Part shown: piece by piece, positions 15,063 to 18,925 of the stretch
How positions within the stretch are numbered: the first letter of the stretch is position 1
Layout of the letters: each line of letters starts with the position of its first letter
Source of the DNA: Rhodothermales bacterium
GTDB taxonomy: Bacteria > Bacteroidota > Rhodothermia > Rhodothermales > VXPQ01
Assembly (NCBI GenBank): GCA_040904565.1
Contig: JBBDTI010000078.1
Coordinates: 1-18,925, forward strand
Reading direction: 5' to 3'
DNA length: 18,925 bases
Notes under the pieces: generated by a model
What the model was told of the DNA's origin: nothing
What the model saw: the letters and a program-made list of their open reading frames with translations, nothing else
The model's database searches: none
Program-made: the position numbers and the translations under genes

Positions 15063-15986
15063 TCATCCCTCCATCATCTCATCCAGACCCGTGCTTTCGT
15101 CGCTCAGTTTAACCGCGTCCGCCAGGAGATCCTCCTTCTCGTCCGCGGAGATGCCCAGGTACGCGCATACCCGATCTCCGATGACCGCCCATTCGTGCGC
15201 CGGAGGGAGCTGCTGCACGTGCCGATACAGGAACTGACCGAGGTGCAGGACGGCCAGCGACGGGGTCGCGTCGGCAATGTCGTCCTCCTTCGTTTCGAAG
15301 TAATCCGTCGTGTCGTGATGCCGGAGAATGCTCTGACAGACCGTTTCCGGAAGTTCCCAGGATTTGCCCATGATAAAGCCGACGAGGGTATGGTCCGTCC
15401 CCAGTTCGGCATCCTCAAACGAAGAGGCCGTGACGTCTTCCGCTTCCAGTGCGCGCGAATAGATCGAAGGGTAGTTCGGGAATTTCTTGAGCATCAGCGG
15501 CACACCGCAATTCGCAAACAGTCCGATTGCATACCCCTCCTCGGTAGCGATCGCGGTAGAAACGCGAGCAGCGTGAGAAGTGACGGCCGCAAGCTGTCCG
15601 GAGGTGGCCCAGAACTGGTCCATGAACGCGCCTTTGGTGTCCGAGAACGCCGAATGCAGCATCAAGGCGGTCACGATATTCGTCACGCTTCGTATCCCCA
15701 TCAGCCGGACGGCGTGATCGATGGAAGAGATTTTGCGACGCAGTCCGAAGAACGACGAATTGACGACGCGCAGGACGCCGGCGGAGATGGCTACGTCTCT
15801 GCTGATCAGATCCGCGATTCGCTGCAGGTTCGGATCGTCTTTCGACTGTTCATTCAACACGTCGACGAGCACGGTCGGACGCGGGGGGATCATGATCCCC
15901 TTCATCAGCTCTTCCGCGTTCTGTAGCTCAACGGCTCGTTGAGAGCTGATCGGGATCTCTTTATCGTAATCGCTATCGGGCGGCAT
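15063..15986 (-). CDS. Stand-alone HDOD domain protein (signalling, probably non-catalytic)
   Basis: IPPRPTVL, IADLISRDVAISAGVLRVVNSSFFGL, ISSIDHAVRLMG, GLFANCG, E...GTDHTLVG...WELP...ILRHH. Confidence 0.9.
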   Translation of the reverse strand: MPPDSDYDKEIPISSQRAVELQNAEELMKGIMIPPRPTVLVDVLNEQSKDDPNLQRIADLISRDVAISAGVLRVVNSSFFGLRRKISSIDHAVRLMGIRSVTNIVTALMLHSAFSDTKGAFMDQFWATSGQLAAVTSHAARVSTAIATEEGYAIGLFANCGVPLMLKKFPNYPSIYSRALEAEDVTASSFEDAELGTDHTLVGFIMGKSWELPETVCQSILRHHDTTDYFETKEDDIADATPSLAVLHLGQFLYRHVQQLPPAHEWAVIGDRVCAYLGISADEKEDLLADAVKLSDESTGLDEMMEG

Positions 15987-16201
15987 GGGGTCGGCGGTGA
16001 GAACGTGCTAAATGATTACGTGAGCGCTTCATCCCGAACGTGTCGGGAGGATGCCTCCGGGCGACGGTCGTTATCGGCGACGCATTCAACGTAAGTCGAC
16101 CTTGCTGCGGAACATGGGGGATGAACCGCACAGAACGCAGAACTTATGGGACCGACTGTCACGGTACAAGATGAGAGCTGCGGCAGTTCGTGTAGATACC
16201 G

Positions 16202-16591
16202 TTAAGGATCGTCAGCCCGATCTGCTTTTCCATCGAGCCGGTATACCGCTTCCGCATGATCGGCCGTTCCACCGACGGGAGGGTTCGGCTTTCGGACCGA
16301 AACTTCGACACTTTCTACGCCGGGATATGCTTCCTTGATCTGATGCGCAATCAGGTAAGCCAGTTTTTCGATGAGATAGAACCGGTTCTTCGTGACGATC
16401 CCCTCGACGAGTTGATATACGCGTTCGTAGTCGACGGTTTCTGCGAGGTCGTCCGTCTGCGCGGCATCATCCAGATCCAGGTCCATCTCGACGTCTACCT
16501 CGTAGCGCCCGCCGATCCGATGCTCTTCCTGCATCACCCCGTGATGGGCGTAGAAAACGGCGTTGACCAGCTTGACCGTTCCGTTTGTCAT
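16202..16591 (-). CDS. folB: Dihydroneopterin aldolase
   Basis: FYAHHGVMQEE, TVDYE, LIEKLA, VSVRKPNPP (catalytic Lys). Confidence 0.93.
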   Translation of the reverse strand: MTNGTVKLVNAVFYAHHGVMQEEHRIGGRYEVDVEMDLDLDDAAQTDDLAETVDYERVYQLVEGIVTKNRFYLIEKLAYLIAHQIKEAYPGVESVEVSVRKPNPPVGGTADHAEAVYRLDGKADRADDP

Positions 16592-16632
16592 CTTCGTAAA
16601 GTAGGTCCGACCGAATCGGCCGTTTGGGAACG

Positions 16633-17643
16633 TTATAACAGCAATGAATCGAGCAGGGCGGCATCCGTGTCGGATATCGTTCCGGCCCGTCGTTCCGCTC
16701 TCAAGCGTGAAACGAACAGCGTCCCGTAAAGACCCAGAACGTCGTCCGACCGCCTGCGATGTTCGTCGAAGTAACGCACCACCACGGCGTCGCGAAGCTC
16801 GTCGTCGACATACAGCGCACGGGGTCCATGTGGTCCCGGACGAACGGTTCCCGGGAAACTACGTTCGGGCTCCAGCAGCTTGTCACCGAAATGACAGCCA
16901 ACGCACTGTACCGGTGATTTCAGTGCTCTCGGCGGCGTCGACGTGCTGTCCGCGATGCCGCCATCCGCGTCGTACACGAAAAAATCCCACTGATCGTCCG
17001 CACGCTTGTGCATGATCGTGGTCTCCACGAGCCGGCCTTCAACGACGTGGCGTCCGAAGAAGGTCGTCCCGATGGGATACGCGAGCTGTCCGCCCCGATC
17101 GTCGAACTGTTCGAGTGCCGCTCGCACGTCCGCTTTCCGCACGTAGACGTGACGACGCGCCGTCGTCATAACCCCATCGACCTCCACGTGCATCCAGTCC
17201 GCGTCACCCGCTTCGAATCCTGCCTCATCGAACCATTCCGCCACGGAATCCGGTGCGGAACGAGCCGCATGGTACGAGCGATCGATGAAGGCTTCAAACT
17301 CTTCCCAACGGATAGTGCCGTCGCCGTCCACGTCCGCGAGCGCATCGGATGCGCCGGGGTGGTGCTCGTCGAGAGTTTCCCGATCCACGTACAGCCGCCC
17401 CGCTCGTTCCGAAAGGATCCCGGCCTCAAACGGGTCGGCCGGCCGCGGGGAAACGTACCCGCCGAAATAATACCGCAGCAGGCGTTCGGGGTCGGACTGA
17501 TCGATGGCGACGCGGACGAGCGCCGAGGGCACGCGTTCGTCCACCGTCCCGTCCATGCGCTCGCCACACGCACTCAGCGATAGGGCCGCCAGTACCGCGA
17601 GCAATGGGATTGCCGTGAGAACCCTGACGCGCGACGTCCACAT
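16633..17643 (-). CDS. Lipoprotein with EF-hand and single CxxCH heme-c motif (cytochrome P460/c'-beta-like C-terminal half)
   Basis: Lipobox LSA-C26; EF-hand loop DVDGDGTIRWEE (aa 104-115); CVGCH (aa 247-251). In frame between pfkB and folB with short gaps. Confidence 0.7.
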   Translation of the reverse strand: MWTSRVRVLTAIPLLAVLAALSLSACGERMDGTVDERVPSALVRVAIDQSDPERLLRYYFGGYVSPRPADPFEAGILSERAGRLYVDRETLDEHHPGASDALADVDGDGTIRWEEFEAFIDRSYHAARSAPDSVAEWFDEAGFEAGDADWMHVEVDGVMTTARRHVYVRKADVRAALEQFDDRGGQLAYPIGTTFFGRHVVEGRLVETTIMHKRADDQWDFFVYDADGGIADSTSTPPRALKSPVQCVGCHFGDKLLEPERSFPGTVRPGPHGPRALYVDDELRDAVVVRYFDEHRRRSDDVLGLYGTLFVSRLRAERRAGTISDTDAALLDSLLL

Positions 17644-17649
17644 CGGCCG

Positions 17650-18579
17650 TTATGAATAAATCGGTGTAAACGCGGGAATGGACGACAGACGCCGGAACGC
17701 CTCCACACGTTCGTGTACTTCTCCGTCGGACAGTTCCGTGAGACGTCGAGGCCCGAAGTCCTCGACGCAAAATGACGCCATGGCGGATCCGTAGACGACG
17801 GCCCTGCGGAGGGCATCCGGACTCGCGCTTTCGGCGTGGACGAGATACCCTACGAATCCGCCTGCGAACGTATCCCCCGCCCCGGTCGGATCCTGAATAT
17901 CTTCAAGCGGATAGGCCGGCGCGCTGAAGATCGTGTCGTCCATGAACAGCAGCGCTCCATGCTCGCCCTTCTTGATAATGAGCGTTTCCGGCCCCATTCC
18001 CCGGATGCGTCGAGCCGCGCGGATCAGATTCGGTTCTTCGGCCAGTTCGCGAGCCTCGGCGTCGTTGATGATGAGGCAGTCAATCACCTTGAGCGTCTCC
18101 CGAAGGCTGTCGGGCGTGTTTTCGATCCAGTAGTTCATCGTGTCACACACGACGAGTTCCGGATCGTCGACCTGTTCGAGAATACTTCGCTGCGTCGAGG
18201 GATCAAGATTCCCCAGGCACACGATCCGGCTGTCCCGATATGCCTCGGGTACGACCGGGTCGAAGCCCTCCAGCACATTCAAGTCGGTTGCGAGCGTATC
18301 GCGCTCGTTCAGATCGTAATGGTATCGCCCTTTCCACGCGAACGTTTTTTCCGTCTTATCTACTTCGAGGCCGCGGAGGTCGACGCGACTTTCCCTCAGG
18401 AGATCCATGTACCGAGTCGGAAAATCATTGCCGACGACACCGACCAGGCGCACATCGTCGGTAAAGTACCGGGCCGAGAGACTGATGTAGGTTGCACTAC
18501 CCCCGAGCACGTCGTCCTGCGCTCCGAATGGCGTTTCGATAGAATCCAGCGCAACCGTTCCTACGGCTAGAATGCTCAC
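17650..18579 (-). CDS. PfkB/ribokinase family carbohydrate or nucleoside kinase
   Basis: GTG start; VGTVALD, LGGSATY, INDAEA, IKKGEHGA, DPTGAGDTFAGG (PfkB signature 2). Confidence 0.93.
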   Translation of the reverse strand: MSILAVGTVALDSIETPFGAQDDVLGGSATYISLSARYFTDDVRLVGVVGNDFPTRYMDLLRESRVDLRGLEVDKTEKTFAWKGRYHYDLNERDTLATDLNVLEGFDPVVPEAYRDSRIVCLGNLDPSTQRSILEQVDDPELVVCDTMNYWIENTPDSLRETLKVIDCLIINDAEARELAEEPNLIRAARRIRGMGPETLIIKKGEHGALLFMDDTIFSAPAYPLEDIQDPTGAGDTFAGGFVGYLVHAESASPDALRRAVVYGSAMASFCVEDFGPRRLTELSDGEVHERVEAFRRLSSIPAFTPIYS

Positions 18580-18671
18580 AGATACCAGTGGTTTATTGGA
18601 TAGATATACGACGGACGGGCCGTGCGCCCTTCAGAAGGGGCGGCGATGATCCGTCCACGGAATCGGCCACC

Positions 18672-18700
18672 AGTATACGAAAGGAAGGGGCGGATATCAG
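18672..18700 (-). promoter_or_regulatory. Putative sigma70-type promoter for pfkB-lipoprotein-folB
   Basis: Minus strand CTGATA-N17-TATACT; the -10 box ends 92 nt upstream of the GTG. Confidence 0.45.
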
Positions 18701-18755
18701 CTCTCCAGCGATTCAGAGCCGACGTCAGCCATATCAACGGTCTTCTAGCTACCAA

Positions 18756-18925
18756 AGGCCGGCGGAGAATTCTCGCAGGTCAAGGCGCGCGACAAGCCGA
18801 GAAACGAGCTCGCACGGCGCTGGGACAACGCTACATTGGATTGTGAGCGACTAACGGAGCGCAGCGGAGTAATGAGGCGTACTTAATCAGTTAACTGAGA
18901 ATGTACGCCGCAGTGATCGGCGCGG
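18756..18925. repeat. Probable non-coding palindromic repeat / MITE-like element, running off the window end
   Basis: Contains the GAGAATTCTC palindrome (18765-18774), CAAGGCGCGC, a GCTCGCA/TGTGAGC stem, and a 34-bp dyad GGCGTAC...GTACGCC (18876-18909). No credible ORF. Confidence 0.4.

Noticed and set aside
16202-18579. PfkB kinase as a FolK substitute acting with FolB
   Set aside because: FolK is a pyrophosphokinase with an unrelated fold; proximity alone is not evidence, and folK may lie elsewhere.
18588-18854. Short plus-strand ORFs (88 aa and 74 aa)
   Set aside because: No recognisable motifs; they overlap the predicted promoter and the palindromic element.
18836-18856. lac-operator-like ATTGTGAGCG
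   Set aside because: Only a half-site resemblance with no symmetric partner; likely chance.
18849-18896. Integron attC site (GACTAAC ... GTTAACT)
   Set aside because: About 48 bp is too short, the R boxes are poorly complementary, there are no L boxes, and no cassette ORF or integrase is visible.
18876-18909. dif site or parS site
   Set aside because: No XerD arm (TTATGTTAAAT-like) and no TGTTTCACGTGAAACA-like parS consensus.

Overview
GC-rich, densely coding bacterial chromosomal window with 17 supportable CDSs. Gene content and the scarcity of Shine-Dalgarno motifs suggest a Rhodothermota/Bacteroidota-like organism (inference only). Layout: (+) truncated Nfu/NifU N-terminal domain gene; (-) a ~9.7 kb run of orphan ParA, penicillin-acylase-family Ntn hydrolase, NSS (SLC6) Na+ symporter, PAS hybrid histidine kinase, exported thioredoxin-fold protein, LuxE-like acyl-protein synthetase and LuxC-like acyl reductase; (+) a tightly coupled lnt-maf-GATase-aguB-aguA operon; (-) PfkB kinase, an unusual lipoprotein, folB and a stand-alone HDOD protein; then a non-coding end with a probable palindromic repeat. 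I found no rRNA, tRNA, CRISPR array, transposase or integrase. Most notable: (1) a lipoprotein combining an EF-hand with a cytochrome P460/c'-beta-like CxxCH domain lacking the cross-linking Lys; (2) a luxE-luxC pair without luciferase; (3) a 13-bp duplication of the maf start that creates a 5-codon ORF between lnt and maf; (4) sigma28-like promoters before the two signalling genes; (5) a GlyT1-like substrate pocket in the NSS transporter next to an amidase. All calls come from reading motifs by eye; no searches were run.
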